A stretch of 64,000 nt of DNA. Source: the human T2T-CHM13v2.0 reference genome, Homo sapiens. The stretch's first letter is position 1, and each line of letters begins with the position of its first letter. The notes under the pieces are model-generated. The model was not told the origin of the DNA, made no database searches, and was given only the letters and a program-made list of their open reading frames with translations. Location of the stretch: assembly GCF_009914755.1 (NCBI RefSeq), contig NC_060928.1; one strand, written 5' to 3'. A program made the translations under genes and the position numbers. This document shows positions 1-19,529 of the stretch, in pieces.

Positions 1-19
1 CATTTTTTAAAAAGTGAAA

Positions 20-545
20 ATGACAGTGGTTTATTTGGTTTCCAAACAAGAGGTTCAGAGGTGGCCAGTCCCGGCCCAGGGAATATGCTGGATGGTGCCG
101 TCAAGGGCTCACCATCCTCAGTTGGTGACTATATTCATGATCCCTGGAAGGCTGCTGTCCCTCCAGACACTTCTGTATTCCAGGAAGGAAGAAAAAAAAG
201 ACAGCAATGCATGAAAGGGTTCACAAGCTGTCAGGAAAGTAAAAGCTTTCCTGGAAGTTGCAGCCAGAATTTGTCTGCTTGTACCACGTGACTAACATTT
301 CTCCATGTCCCCCAGTGCACAACGTGTATGTATATTAAATCATCTCATTGTACACTTTGAAAGCATACGATTTGTCAGTTAAACATCTTAAAGTAAAACA
401 AAGACAAAACAAAAACCAGAAATGTAAAAGAATATTTCTGCTTGAATCTCACTGACTGGAACCATGCCACATGACCACCTGAGGGTGGAAAGAAGATAAG
501 GGAGGTGGAATTGGATATGGGATTGGCTAGCCAGTGTCTGCCACA
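20..545. mobile_element. Old MLT1-like (MaLR) LTR fragment, interrupted by a short L1 3' end at ~320-415
   Basis: Degenerate MLT1-like text (ctttcctggaag..., ccacatgaccac). An L1M-type 3' terminus (atctcattgtacactttgaa... plus A-rich tail) lies inside it. Boundaries approximate. Confidence 0.4.
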
Positions 546-744
546 CCAAGGAGAGACCCTGTTAGTTCCAGTCTTCCAAATGTTAGTCTTTGCCAGTTTT
601 TTGGGACACACAATTTATTCCAGCAGAGATTTCTCTTGATAGAGTTTAATGTGAAACCATGCATTTCTCTCGGCAAGGCAGGCAAATTACTCCCTCTCTT
701 GGAGACTCATTCTGGCTTGTTTCATAGGATGGTAATTTAGGTGC

Positions 745-990
745 TGTCTTTGGAAACAGACTTCGTTGGTTTGAATCCTGGCTCCTCTTATTAGTTGTGT
801 GACTTTGGGCAAGTTACTTTCTCCCAGTGTCTGCATTTCTTCATCCATAAAAGAAGAATTAAAAGTGGTTCTCACCTTATCAGAGTATTATAGGAGTTAA
901 CACAACAGCTAATATAGCGCATGTGAAACAGAACAGTGCCCAGTCCAGACTAAGCCCTGGATAAATGGATAAATGTTAGCAATTACTCTT
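745..990 (+). mobile_element. MIR SINE
   Basis: MIR core: ggtttgaatcctggctcctc...tgtgtgactttgggcaagttactt...ttcttcatccataaaa. Confidence 0.8.
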
Positions 991-1857
991 CAAAGGTTAG
1001 AAATTTACGTGGTCCCAACCTTTCTCACCTGGTTTATGTAAAATGCCTCTCATTTCCTTCATACTAATTGAAAACTTATTTTTCATTTTCCTTCAAGTTT
1101 CTTGTTTCTGGAAGCCTAGAGTTGCACCCAGTGTGCATTTCTCAAGTGACACGGTTGCTAATCTCTGTTAGGCATTCCTGTCCTGACAGTCAGTTCATTG
1201 CCATGAATCTCCACGTTTTTGGTGAGACCTGTGACATCCACTTCCTAGGAAGGATGCTGCTACCTTAGACCTAACTTTTTTCAGCCTGAGACTTGAAACT
1301 TGCCCCAGCAGATTCCCAAACTGAAGCTATTGATGTTTCTGAAGCACGTGCTTCTAGCAACCCTGAAAGCTCTGGTACCTCTGCCCTGTGTTCCTCAAGA
1401 AACAGTCTTTCCTTGGCTTTTAAATGTTCCATGCTCAAAATAGCATTTCTATTTGCTAAATTTCCTTTTTCTGTTCCAATATTATTTTGGGAAGGCTCAG
1501 CTGGGTTTCCTAACCCCTTATTATTCTCTGGCAGGTCACTTTCCTTCTCTAACACACATGGGCCTAGCCTTGTTTGTTGGGTTTCTGTATCTCCTTTCCT
1601 TTCACTATCCCACTGGCTTCTGGCCCAGATATTTATTTCACTAATATTCTCCTCTAGAGAACCTCTTGTGGGGTTCCCACAGTGAGAGATATGGAATGAA
1701 CCAGCCTTGGGCCTGAAAAGAACACACTTCCAGAGCTGAATAATCCAATCCAGTAAGCACTCAACCATGAGATCAATATCTAACCCAGACTTGGCTTTGC
1801 TTTATTATTTTCTGGTCCAGTTCCCCTTTAAGATATTTCAAACTTTCTGTGCCTACC

Positions 1858-2225
1858 TGTTTTAGTCCATTTTCATACTGCTATGAAGAAATATCAAAGA
1901 CTGGGTAATTTATAAAGAAAAAGAGGTTTAATAAACTCACAGTTCCACATGGCTGGGTAGGCCTCATAGTCATGGCAGAAGGTGAAGGAGGAGCAAAGGC
2001 ACGTCTTACATGGTGGCAGGCAAGTGTGTGCAGGGGAGCTGCCCTTTATAAGACCATCAGATCTTGTGAGGCTGGAATAAGTTACTCACTATCATGAGAA
2101 CAGCATGGGAAAACCTGCCCTCATGATTCAATTACCTCCCACTGGGTCCCTCCCATGACACATGGGGATTATGGGAGCTATAATTCAAGATGAGATTTGG
2201 GTGGGGACACAGACAAACCATATCA
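1858..2225 (-). mobile_element. THE1B-like solo LTR (ERVL-MaLR)
   Basis: Starts tgttttagtccattttcatactgctat and ends ggggacacagacaaaccatatca, the reverse complement of the THE1 consensus. Degraded 5-bp TSD ctacc/tcacc. Confidence 0.9.
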
Positions 2226-3070
2226 TCACCTGTTTTTCTTTAATTCTATAAATTCATCAATCATATTCATTCAGGCACAGATAATATCACCATGCTTATT
2301 TCAATAATTGGGCCCTTGAAGCATACCTAGTAAGTCTTAATCAAACTAATAAAGTTTCAGTCAGTCTTTACCATTCTTCACCATGAGATGATGCTAGTCT
2401 ATGGAATATAAGCCCCTTCCCTCCAGCAAGCATCAGTCCCCCACGTTTTTGGGTTAAACTACTTGGAAAAAATTCATTGTCTTTCTTTCACATAAACACA
2501 GTAAGTACTCCTAGGGTTGATTGTAATGTGACCTTTCAGACTGAAATGTCATCATAACAATTCAAGTAAATGCTTGGTTATTTGCCAGCCACTCTATGTA
2601 GTAGAAAATCTATTTGATATGCTTTTAAAAGCAAATCTTCACATAAGAACAAAATGTTCCTGGTATGTTCAAATCACTTGCTATAAATTCTGGAGGACAT
2701 TTGAGTGCAATTGCATTAAATGTAACACTGAACTCTCAGATTAAAATATTCAGGAGGGCAGCAAACTTATACATTAGTATACTTTTTATTTTTCAGGGAA
2801 AATAGTAATTGCATTCATAAGAAAAGAGATAGATATGAATGTAGACATTGACACCAGTGAATTCCAGGGCAAGTTGACCACAGTGTTATTTACCATTTGA
2901 AGTAATCTTGAAACCCATCAAGAGAAAATATGTTGCAAAAACTTTGTATTGTTTCTGTTTTTATGTAAGGGCTTTTACCATAAAAAAAAATCTAGTTAAA
3001 GATTTTAAAAATAATAAAATCATTTAAAAAACACATGACATATCTTTAAATGCTTATAATTAAGATTTTA

Positions 3071-3415
<345 letters not shown>

Positions 3416-4119
3416 CTATTGTTATGACAAATTGTATACACCCTAAATTGTTAACAATATTTTGTATGCATACCTATTCCAGCTACCTACCATTAATAAA
3501 TAGGCTGTTCAAGGTCAAGGATCAAGTCAAAGTTATCTATGTATTTCCAAAAGTAAAATTATATTGACATCTAGCAAGGTACTCAGTATTTTTAAAAATA
3601 GAATACATCTATTACACCATGAGTTAAATTTTAAAAAATTCGGCATTCCCTAAAAACAAAAAAACAAAACAACAACAACAACAACAAAAACCCAACTGTT
3701 GACCTTGTTAGTCTAGGGAGGGTGCAGTAGAAGAAAAATTTAGATTAACAATCTCCTGCAAAATTTAAAAGATTTTGAATTCATATTATTAGTGTCAGAG
3801 CTGACCAACACTTAATTTATAAAAAATAAATACACTATGCATGACCCAATTTTATTTAAAAAGTAAAATATTATTTTTGACTGAGAAAATAAAACAATTT
3901 TCTTTGCTGGATACCCTATTTTATCAAATCTAATACAAAAACCTTTTACTGAATATACTTTGTTTTCATAAACTTCTTCACCATATTTTTCATAGTTGTT
4001 CCTGTGAAATAGTTGTTAGTAAATACAAAGTGATTTTATTAATTCTAACATTTATTTTTCTTTCCAAACAGAAGGAAAGAAAATAATTACTTGTATGAAA
4101 TACTTGGCATAATGGCTCC

Positions 4120-4500
4120 ACTCATTTATTTATTCCATTAATACTGAGTGCCGCCCAGGTGTCAGGCAATGATACAGGTACCGGGGACACAGAAGGAACA
4201 AAGTGGACTGAAATCCTTCACTCTTGGAGTTTATTTTATAGTTGTAGTCTAGACAGACCAAAATTAAAAAAAAAATCAGTACATCTTACAAGTCTGTTAA
4301 AAGGTCATAAGTATTATGTAAAAAATAAATTAGGGAAGGAAGATGGTAAGTACTGAATACTGATAATGTATGTGTGCGGGGGCACTGCAATTTTAGATAG
4401 GAGGATCACAAACGCTTTTCTGAAAGGGTGACATTTGAGCAATCACTTGGTGATGTATAGGAGGGAGACATGGGTGTCCAGAATCATGTCAGGTGGCCAG
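4120..4500 (-). mobile_element. L2 3'-end fragment
   Basis: cattt/attc tail repeats followed by tactgagtgcc...ggggacacag...ggtgacatttgagc. Confidence 0.65.
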
Positions 4501-4671
4501 AATGGTAAAGACCTTATACTAAAATATTCCATGTATAATTTATGTTTGCAAAAACAGTCTACTAGGAATCCTACCTGTAGTCCTGACACGGAAAGGCTAT
4601 GAGACCTTCTCAAAGACCCTTTCTCTCTCTTGCTCTCACTTTCTTTATCTGTAATATACGGGGTTGAGCTT

Positions 4672-4894
4672 CATTGGTTCTCAGCCAGTGTGGTCCGAAT
4701 GATTCTCAGCCAGTCTGAGGGCATATAGGAATGCTAGAGAGTATTTCTGGTTGCCCCGATGTTTGGAGGAATACATCTGACATTTAATGGGTGAGGCCCA
4801 GGAAAAGTAAACCTCTTGTAATGCATAAGACAGCCCAGTATAACAAAGGCTTGTCCTGCTGAAAATGTGAATGGGGCCTCTGTTGAGAACACTG
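4672..4894. mobile_element. MER20-like hAT-Charlie DNA transposon inside a MIR remnant
   Basis: Terminal inverted repeats cattggttctca...ttgagaacactg with MER20-like internal sequence. Confidence 0.75.
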
Positions 4895-5102
4895 GGCTAG
4901 GTCATCAGGAAGTTCCCATCTGGAGCTAATGGTGAACGTTGCCGAGCCTACGCGAACAGGGAACGCTCACTCCCCATTCCCGTGTTTCCAGGTGGCAGAA
5001 CATCCACTAAAGTAACCTGCAGGCCTCTCTCCACTCTCTCCATCTTTCTTCCACTTTTCTGTTTGGTGCATTCAGGGCTTAACTCTTTCTAGTCTTCTTC
5101 CT

Positions 5103-5715
5103 TTGTACATCAGCTTTTTATTGCTGTGTAACAAAATATTACAAACCTAGTGGAGGAAAACAATACCCATTTATTAGCTCACAGCTCTGTAGGTCAGAAG
5201 TCTGGCATGGTGTGATTGGGTTCTCTGTTCACGGCATCCCAAGACTGACATCAAAGTGTTGGCTAGGCTGATGTCCGGTCTGGGGGCTCTGGAAAACATC
5301 TGCATCCAAGCTCATTGTTTGCATTGGCAGGATTCAGTTCCTTGTCACTGTGTACTAAGGTTTTCCAGTTGCTCAATGGATGTCCACCAGTGGCAGTCTC
5401 AGCACTTAAAGGCAGCCCACATTCCTTGAGACTAGGTCCCCTCCAGCTTTAAGGCAGCCAGAGCATGCTTCCAATCGCTGACTTCTTCATCTCTGACCTT
5501 TAGCCCAGTTTTAAAGGGCTCATGTGATTAGGCCAGGCCTACCTGGATAATCTCCCTCATAATAAGGTCAACTGGTTTTGGACCTAAATTATATTTGCAA
5601 AATTCCTTCAGAGAAACACCTAGATTAGTATTTGATTGAATAACTGAGAAAATGGATATGTTGTTCACCAGAGGCCAAGAATTTGAGGGGTGATCTTAGA
5701 ACTCTGCCTACCACA
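5103..5715 (-). mobile_element. MLT1E-like solo LTR
   Basis: attgctgtgtaacaaa...catttattagctcacagctctgtaggtcagaagtc...ttagaactctgcctaccaca. Confidence 0.8.
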
Positions 5716-6789
5716 TATCTGAAGCAAATTTGCTGGCCTATATATTCCCTGCTTCCTTATGCAGTAAATTTTACAAGGGCGGGTTCCCTTGTAGTGGTCC
5801 TGTAGTTTTAAAACCTTTCCAGTAACTGACAAGACTAGCGTATTTCTGGGGTTGTAGAATGAGCTGTAGCTCATATGATTTTGCATTTAAGCCAAGACCT
5901 CTAACTTAGCTTTAACCAGCAATAAAGTTTACATGAAGATGTCCATTGGTCTGATTCCTCTATCCATCGTTTAATTACTTCTCAACACAATTAGGAAAAA
6001 AGGGGTGTTATTTATTAACCCTTGAAATACAGTGAGGTTTTTGTAGGTGTTACCTGCTATACCTGTCTGAGAAATACATTACTGTTGAACAAGTTCAAGA
6101 AAGATTAATAAATCATTAAAATAATGGTTTTACCAATAGATTTTTTATCTCTATTATATGTTTTAAAATCTACTTTAAAATTACACAAGTAATATAAGAA
6201 TGCGTTATTGTTATAAAACATTCGGTTTAGAGTAAGCTTAAGACTTCCTTAGCATCACTCTCCCAATATTCTCCCAAGAACAAACCATTCTTAAACTTGT
6301 ATTGCATAGTCTTATAAATTATTTTCTAATGAAATCATACGTACCTGATTAACATTTTTGCATTATTAATATCATTATTATATGTAAAAGGCAAGTCACA
6401 GAGTAAGTCTTGGAAAGCTTTCTGTGTCATTTGCATTTGTATCTACCTTTTGAACTTTTGCATAGTGTTTTATTTTAAAGATCTACCGCAGATTTTATCA
6501 CCACCTCCATGGTGATCATTTACACTGTTTCTGTTGCTTGTTAACACAAATAATACAGACACAGACTACTTTGTACAAATATCTTTGTGTGCATGAATGA
6601 ACAAATCTTTCAGAGAGATCCCAGAATTAATATTGGTAGTTACATTACTTCTTATATCGGTTGATACTTCCATGTTGCCCTCTAAAATATTCCCATGAAC
6701 AGTTTTGTTGTGTGTTTGTGGGAGCCCAATAAAAAGCTTCTCTTCTTCCTTGTCTAAATTCTGAAATGATTGAGAAATGAGAAGAACGT

Positions 6790-7340
6790 TGTGTGAGGTA
6801 GAAATCAAAGATGATTACCATTTGCCTTTTCTTACCCATACTCACCTGCCTCTCTTCACATTGAAAGGTAGAGTCTAATTCTCCTCCCCTAGAATCAGGG
6901 CTGGCCCTGGTGAGTAGCCTTGACCAAAAGAATGTGACAGAAGTGATGTCTGTGGAACTCAAATGTAGGCTATAAAAAGCCCTGTAGTTTCTACTTGGAT
7001 ATCTTATAATCTTCACTCTGGGGGGTACTCATTTGGAGCAGAGCTGCAATGCAATAAGAAGCCCAAGCCACATGAGAGGGTGTTCTGGTCAGCATTCCTA
7101 GATAACCAATGAGCTGAAAGCCATCATCTAATAACAGAAATCTGCATGGGCCATCTTAGATGGCGAGCCCACTTGAGCCTTCAAATGACTTTAACTTCAG
7201 CTGCTGTTTGACTGCAATTGTTGTGAGAAGCCCAAATATTAACTACCCCACTGGCAGTCAATACATGGAATTCTAATACACAAAAGTAGTTTCAAGTCAC
7301 AAAGAACAGGGATGTTCAATATGCAGCAATAAATACAAAG
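6790..7340 (+). mobile_element. MLT1G/H-like LTR
   Basis: tctcctcccctagaatcagggctggccctg...gaccaaaagaatgtgacagaagtgatg...gcagcaataaatac. Confidence 0.7.
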
Positions 7341-7410
7341 ACTAATATGGTGGATTAAAGCAAAAATTCTACTTTGTTACTGATAAATTGATCTTAGATA
7401 AAGTAGCTTA

Positions 7411-8098
<688 letters not shown>

Positions 8099-8439
8099 TG
8101 CAAGTAAATTTTCTATACTGAATCTCAGGGTTAGATATACTGTACTTCTCTTCCAAAATCTCCACATTGGGGAAGCCTTCCCTGCTTGATCTCTCAACTA
8201 CAGGCCCAGAAAATACCATGTACTCCAAAGCAGAAAGTCTGCTGAATTTGAACTCTCTACTATCAAGAGATATGGAGAAGAAAGAAGCGAAGTTACACAG
8301 AGTTGCTCAGTTTTATTTTCCAAAATTCCCAACCATCTTAATCATTTGTCTCATAGAAACAAATAATTGAGAGGCAGAGAGAGGTGTGTTATGCAAATGG
8401 AGCTTTCCCTACATAAAAAGAAACATCATAAATGGGGAA

Positions 8440-9600
<1,161 letters not shown>

Positions 9601-10544
9601 ATTTTTTCTTTTGGTCATAATATTGTTGCAGATACTGGCTTCAATTTTCTGTAGATAATCCCATATTATGGCTGCATCTGTTTGCTTCGTGGTGGTTTCA
9701 TTTAATGTATTCTTATATACCCCTGTATTTTCCGTGCATGGAAGTTGCCATTTTAAGCTTGGTTAGACTCAATTTTAATATTTTGCACAGTAACACTTCA
9801 TACTATGGCTTATTTTGCATCATGCCAGGAAATACACAATGTGTTGTTGTCCCACTGTAGTCGGCACTAAAATGATCGGTGGGTTTGGGTAGAATGCTCA
9901 ATTTTACCATTATATTGTCTTTTCAATAATAAGGTAACTTTTCACAAATTTTTTATGCATAGATAGTCATTACCTGAGCTAAGGATTTCAGCTGGCAATT
10001 AAAAGAAGAACTTTCTGATTTCTTCCTAATTCATGAGCTGAATTATTGTGTAAATAAGAAATTATTTTTATCTTCTAGGCATATTCGGTTTCTGTGCTCT
10101 ACAGTGTGTACAGGAAATGCAAGATAGACATTATTTTCCTTCAACTGTTGATTTTCGGGGAAATAAGTTGGTAGCCCAAATGTCCAGTTACTTCCAACGG
10201 TCTCTATAAGGATCTGTCTCTTTCTCTCTATTTCTGTCTTTCTGTCTCAGTCTCCCTACCCCTTCTTTTCCTCTCTCTTATTATGAAATCTATTGGTTTT
10301 TCAATATTAAATGTGTTTCAACTGATTGCATTTATTATTCTTTTTGATGTTCAAATGGCCCTATATTTGGCCAGTGGCAGCTGCTTCATTGCCTGTTCTA
10401 GTGCTGTTTGACAAGACCTGTAACTGCCTTGATAGTACTCTTGCCTTCTGACACACTAGAGTATCTCACTCTTAATTTCTTGCCTTGATATGCATTTAAC
10501 TTTACCACTCTTCTCCATGCTCATGCTTTGGGCATTTAAACAAT

Positions 10545-12127
<1,583 letters not shown>

Positions 12128-12346
12128 TTTTTTTTTTTTAAATTATACTTTAAGTTCTAGGGTACATGTGCACATTGTGCAGGTTAGTTACATATGTATA
12201 CATGTGCCATGCCGGTGCGCTGCACCCACTAACTCGTCATCTAGCATTAGGTATATCTCCCAATGCTATCCCTCCCCCCTGCCCCCACCCCACAACAGTC
12301 CCCAGAGTGTGATATTCCCCTTCCTGTGTCCATGTGATCTCATTGT

Positions 12347-15447
<3,101 letters not shown>

Positions 15448-15495
15448 TTATTTTGCTCGTTAGTTGATGCAGTTTCTTCCTAGTCTTGATGGTCT

Positions 15496-16512
15496 TTACA
15501 TTTTGGCATGATTTTGCAGCGGCTGGTACAGATTGTTCCTTTCCATGTTTAGTGCTTCCTTCAGGAGCTCTTGTAAGGCAGGCCTGGTGGTGACAAAATC
15601 TCTCAGCATTTGCTTGTCTGTAAAGGATTTTATTTCTCCTTCACTTATGAAGCTTAGTTTGGCTGGATATGAAATCCTGGGTTAAAAATTCTTTTCTTTA
15701 AGAATGTTGAATATTGGCCCCCACTCTCTTCTGGCTTTTAGGGTTTCTGCCGAGAGATCCGCTGTTAGTCTGATGGGCTTCCCTTTGAGGGTAACCCGAC
15801 CTTTCTCTCTAGCTGCCCTTAACATTTTTTCCTTCATTTCAACTTTGGTGAATCTGACAATTATGTGTCTTAGAGTTGCTCTTCTTGAGGAGTATCTTTG
15901 TGGCGTTCTCTGTATTTTCTGAATCTGAACGTTGGCCTGCCTTGCTAGATTGGGGAAGTTCTCCTGGATAATATCCTGCAGAGTGTTTTCCAACTTGGTT
16001 CCATTCTCCCCATCACTTTCAGGTACACCAATCAGACGTAGATTTGGTCTTTTCACATAGTCCCATATTTCTTGGAGGCTTTGCTCATTTCTTTTTATTC
16101 TTTTTTCTCTAAACTTCCCTTCTTGCTTCATTTCATTCATTTCATCTTCCATCGCTGATACCCTTTCTTCCAGTTGATCTCATCGGCTCCTGAGTCTTCT
16201 GCATTCTTCACGTAGTTCTCGAGCCTTGGTTTTCAGCTCCATCAGCTCCTTTAAGCACTTCTCTGAATTGGTTATTCTAGTTATACATTCTTCTAAATTT
16301 TTTTCAAAGTTTTCAACTTCTTTGCCTTTGGTTTGAATGTCCTCCCGTAGCTCAGAGTAATTTGATCGTCTGAAGCCTTCTTCTCTCAGCTCGTCAAAGT
16401 CATTCTCCATCCAGCTTTGTTCCGTTGCTGGTGAGGAACTGCGTTCCTTTGGAGGAGGAGAGGCACTCTGCTTTTTAGAGTTTCCAGTTTTTCTGTTCTG
16501 TTTTTTCCCCAT
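15496..16512 (-). pseudogene. ORF1: L1 ORF1 (RNA-binding protein), disrupted
   Basis: MGKKQNRKTGNSK start; 1017-nt span equals 338 codons plus stop; in-frame stops at 16180 and 15682. Confidence 0.95.
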
Positions 16513-17414
16513 CTTTGTGGTTTTATCTACTTTTGGTCTTTGATGATGGTGATGTCCAGATGGGTTTTTGGTGTGGATGTCCTTTCTGTTTGTTAGTTTT
16601 CCTTCTAACAGAGAGGACCCTCAGCTGCAGGTCTGTTGGAATACCCTGCCGTGTGAGGTGTCAGTGTGCCCCTGCTGGGGGGTGCCTCCCAGTTAGGCTG
16701 CCCGGGGGTCGGGGGTTAGGGATCAGGGACCCACTTGAGGAGGCAGTCTGCCCATTCTCAGATCTCCAGCTGCCTGCTGGGAGAACCACTGCTCTCTTCA
16801 AAGCTGTCAGACAGGGACATTTAAGTCTGCAGAGGTTACTGCTGTCTTTTTGTTTGTCTGTGCCCTGCCCCCAGAGGTGGAGCCTACAGAGGCAGGCAGG
16901 CCTCCTTGAGCTGTGGTGGGCTCCACCCAGTTCGAGCTTCCTGGCTGCTTTGTTTACCTAATCAAGCCTGGGCAATGGCGGGCGCCCCTCCCCCAGCCTC
17001 GCTGCCGCCTTGCACTTTGATCTCAGACTGCTGTGCTAGCAATCAGCGAGACTCCGTGGGTGTAGGACCCTCCGAGCCAGGTGCGGGATATAATCTTGTG
17101 GTGTGCCATTTTTTAAGCCCGTCGGAAAAGCGCCGTATTCGGGTGGGAGTGACCCGATTTTCCAGGTGCCATCTGTCACCCTTTTCTTTGACTCAGAAAG
17201 GGAACTTGCTGACCCCTTGCGCTTCCCAAGTGAGGCAATGCCTCGCCCTGCTTCGGCTCACGCACAGTGCGCCCACCCACTGACCTGCGCCCACTGTCTG
17301 GCACTCGCTAGTGAGATGAACCCGGTACCTCAGATGGAAATGCAGAAATCACCCGTCTTCTGCGTCGCTCAGGCTGGGAGCTGTAGACCAGAGCTGTTCC
17401 TATTCGGCCATCTT
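16513..17414 (-). promoter_or_regulatory. L1 5' UTR with internal sense promoter and antisense promoter; YY1 core at the extreme end
   Basis: CpG-rich L1PA2 5' UTR; YY1 core AAGATGGCC at 17406-17414 on the minus strand. Confidence 0.8.
16975..17283 (+). CDS. ORF0: L1 antisense ORF0, open, 102 aa
   Basis: MAGAPPPASLPPC...RVGVTRFSRC matches primate L1 ORF0; ATG in strong context (gcaATGg); splice donors CAG|GT at 17081 and 17166. Expression is unknown. Confidence 0.7.
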   Translation: MAGAPPPASLPPCTLISDCCASNQRDSVGVGPSEPGAGYNLVVCHFLSPSEKRRIRVGVTRFSRCHLSPFSLTQKGNLLTPCASQVRQCLALLRLTHSAPTH

Positions 17415-17662
17415 CTGGTGCTACATTTTAAAAGAGAAAGAAAAACTACATATACAGTAAGGTAGGCATTATTTCTGAGGTAAGGTAGAATATTTTATTT
17501 AGAGACAACAGTGTAAATGAAAACTTTCTGATGTTATAAAGGAAATAAGCAGATGAATGAACAGTATTATATGCTCCACTATTTTTATAAAGTTATAAAG
17601 TTTCCAGACTAATGTATTACACCACATGCTATTCTAAATATTATGGCAGGAATGAGGGATGG

Positions 17663-18021
17663 CACTATGGTCTGAATGTTTGTGTCTCCCCCAAATTTAT
17701 ATGTTGAAATCCTGCCCTTCACAGTGACAGTATTAGGAAGTGGGGTCTTTGGGAGGTGATTAAGTCATGAAGGTAGAGCCCTCATGAATGAGATTAGTGC
17801 CTTTATAAAAGATGTCTCAGAGAGCCCCTCACCCTTTCCACTATGTGAGGACACAGACAAAAGACACCATTTATGAACCAGAAAGTGGGCCTTCATCAGA
17901 CATTGAATCTGCTGGCATCTTGATCTTAGACTTCCCAGCCTCCAGAACTATGAGAAATAACTGTATGTTGTTTATGAGCCACCCAGTCTATGGTATTTTG
18001 TTACAGCAGCATGAATAGACA
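17663..18021 (+). mobile_element. MLT1A0-like solo LTR
   Basis: ctatggtctgaatgtttgtgtc...gacattgaatctgctggcatcttgatcttagacttcccagcctccagaact...ttgttacagcagc. Confidence 0.85.
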
Positions 18022-18063
18022 ACCAACAACCCTGCCCTAAAATATCTAACTGTCTAGATACCA

Positions 18064-18233
18064 CAGTGGTTCTCAATATTAATTGCATAGTAGACTCACC
18101 TGGAGGAAGTTTTAAAATTTAAGATGCCCATGGTGTCCCCAAATGACTTGCATGAGACTATGGGGTAGTCCCAGGCTCCAGGTTTGGCAGCCCCTCAGGT
18201 TGTACTTACCTGCAGCCAGGCTGAGGACCACTG
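18064..18233. mobile_element. MER5-like hAT-Charlie element
   Basis: TIRs cagtggttctca...tgaggaccactg. Confidence 0.75.
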
Positions 18234-18324
18234 ACATGGAGATCATTTTGCCTCCCAGCACCCATGCTGTCACTTCCATATCTTCACAGTGAAGCCAGGT
18301 GATATGACTGTCACCATCTAGTTG

Positions 18325-18845
18325 AAACTCTACAATGGTTTTCTGTTGCTTTTTTAAATAGCCCATACAAATCCTTAAAATGGTTACTGCTCCTGCATAA
18401 TTTGGCCCTGTCTTCATTTCCATCCTGCTGTCCTGTTTAATGTTCCTTTAATGATTATGCTCTCCTTCAGGCTTTATGTAAGGTTTTTAACACCAGCTTC
18501 CACTCCACCACCTACGTCCACCCAGGTAACTCCTACTCACTCATAGGATCTTATATCACATGTCAACTCACAGGGAAGTCTTTCCTTACCCACTTCCCAG
18601 ATTAGACCAATTCTCCTGTTATAATCCCGTAGGGCACCCTGTACTTTCTTTTCACAGAATTTGTGACAGTTTCAATGAGATATTTAGCTAATTATTTAGT
18701 TTGTACCTACCCTTGTTAATAGACTGTGCGTCCTCTGTGAAGGCAGGCACCACTTTCATTTTACACATGACTAAATCTTGAATACCTAGAAAATTGACCC
18801 CTGGATAGTAAGCTTTAATTTTATTTTTTCCTTAAATGAATGAAG
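18325..18845 (+). mobile_element. L2 3' end
   Basis: gggaagtctttcct...tagactgtg...gaaggcagg...aaatgaatgaa tail. Confidence 0.65.
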
Positions 18846-19529
18846 CAAGTAGAAGGCTGATCTTAAAAGGTCTAGTGGAGTGTTGACCAAATTAAGGAAT
18901 GATCTAGAGGACATTACAATTGAGAGAGAGAGGTGGGTGCTAAAGCTGAATCTGTGGTATCAAGCCTGGGTGATTCAATGAATACTCATGTCATTAACAG
19001 AGACTAGGATGCCAGGAAAAGTAATTGTCATTTAACCAACTTGTACAATGGTTGCTTTATTGGAAAATCAGGAGTTGAATTCCCACCTGATTCGAAACAA
19101 ATATATATGACAGGGAAAAAGAGATAAAGAAGAGCAGTAAATAGAACTCCCAGATAAATGTGGAATTCTAATATAAAACAGAATTGGTCCAGCACTTCCT
19201 GATCCTTGGGAATAACAGAAGGGAACCAAGGGAACCCTGGAGAAAGCTAAACCTCTTTGTGTCCCTTTATCAGACACATTTAGCACCAGGTTTATCTTTC
19301 CAGACCACTCCTCAGGTTGACACAGGACACCTGTGAGGTAGCTACCTTCTAAGTCCTCTGAGAAGCCCGGCCAAAGATCCCCCACCTCCCCCCAAGTCTT
19401 TGGTGTCACTTGCATCTACTTGATGTTCCCCCATTTTCCAGGCAGAAGCCCGGAAAGTGGAAATAAGGACATAGATTTTCAGTTCTTGCCTTCTTCCTGT
19501 CTCTTGTTTTTGGTCTTCCCATTGTTCTT

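Noticed and set aside
1271-1768. Overlapping 165-aa (-) and 130-aa (+) ORFs in unique DNA
   Set aside because: No recognisable domain, no convincing exon or promoter context; length is compatible with chance in 64 kb.
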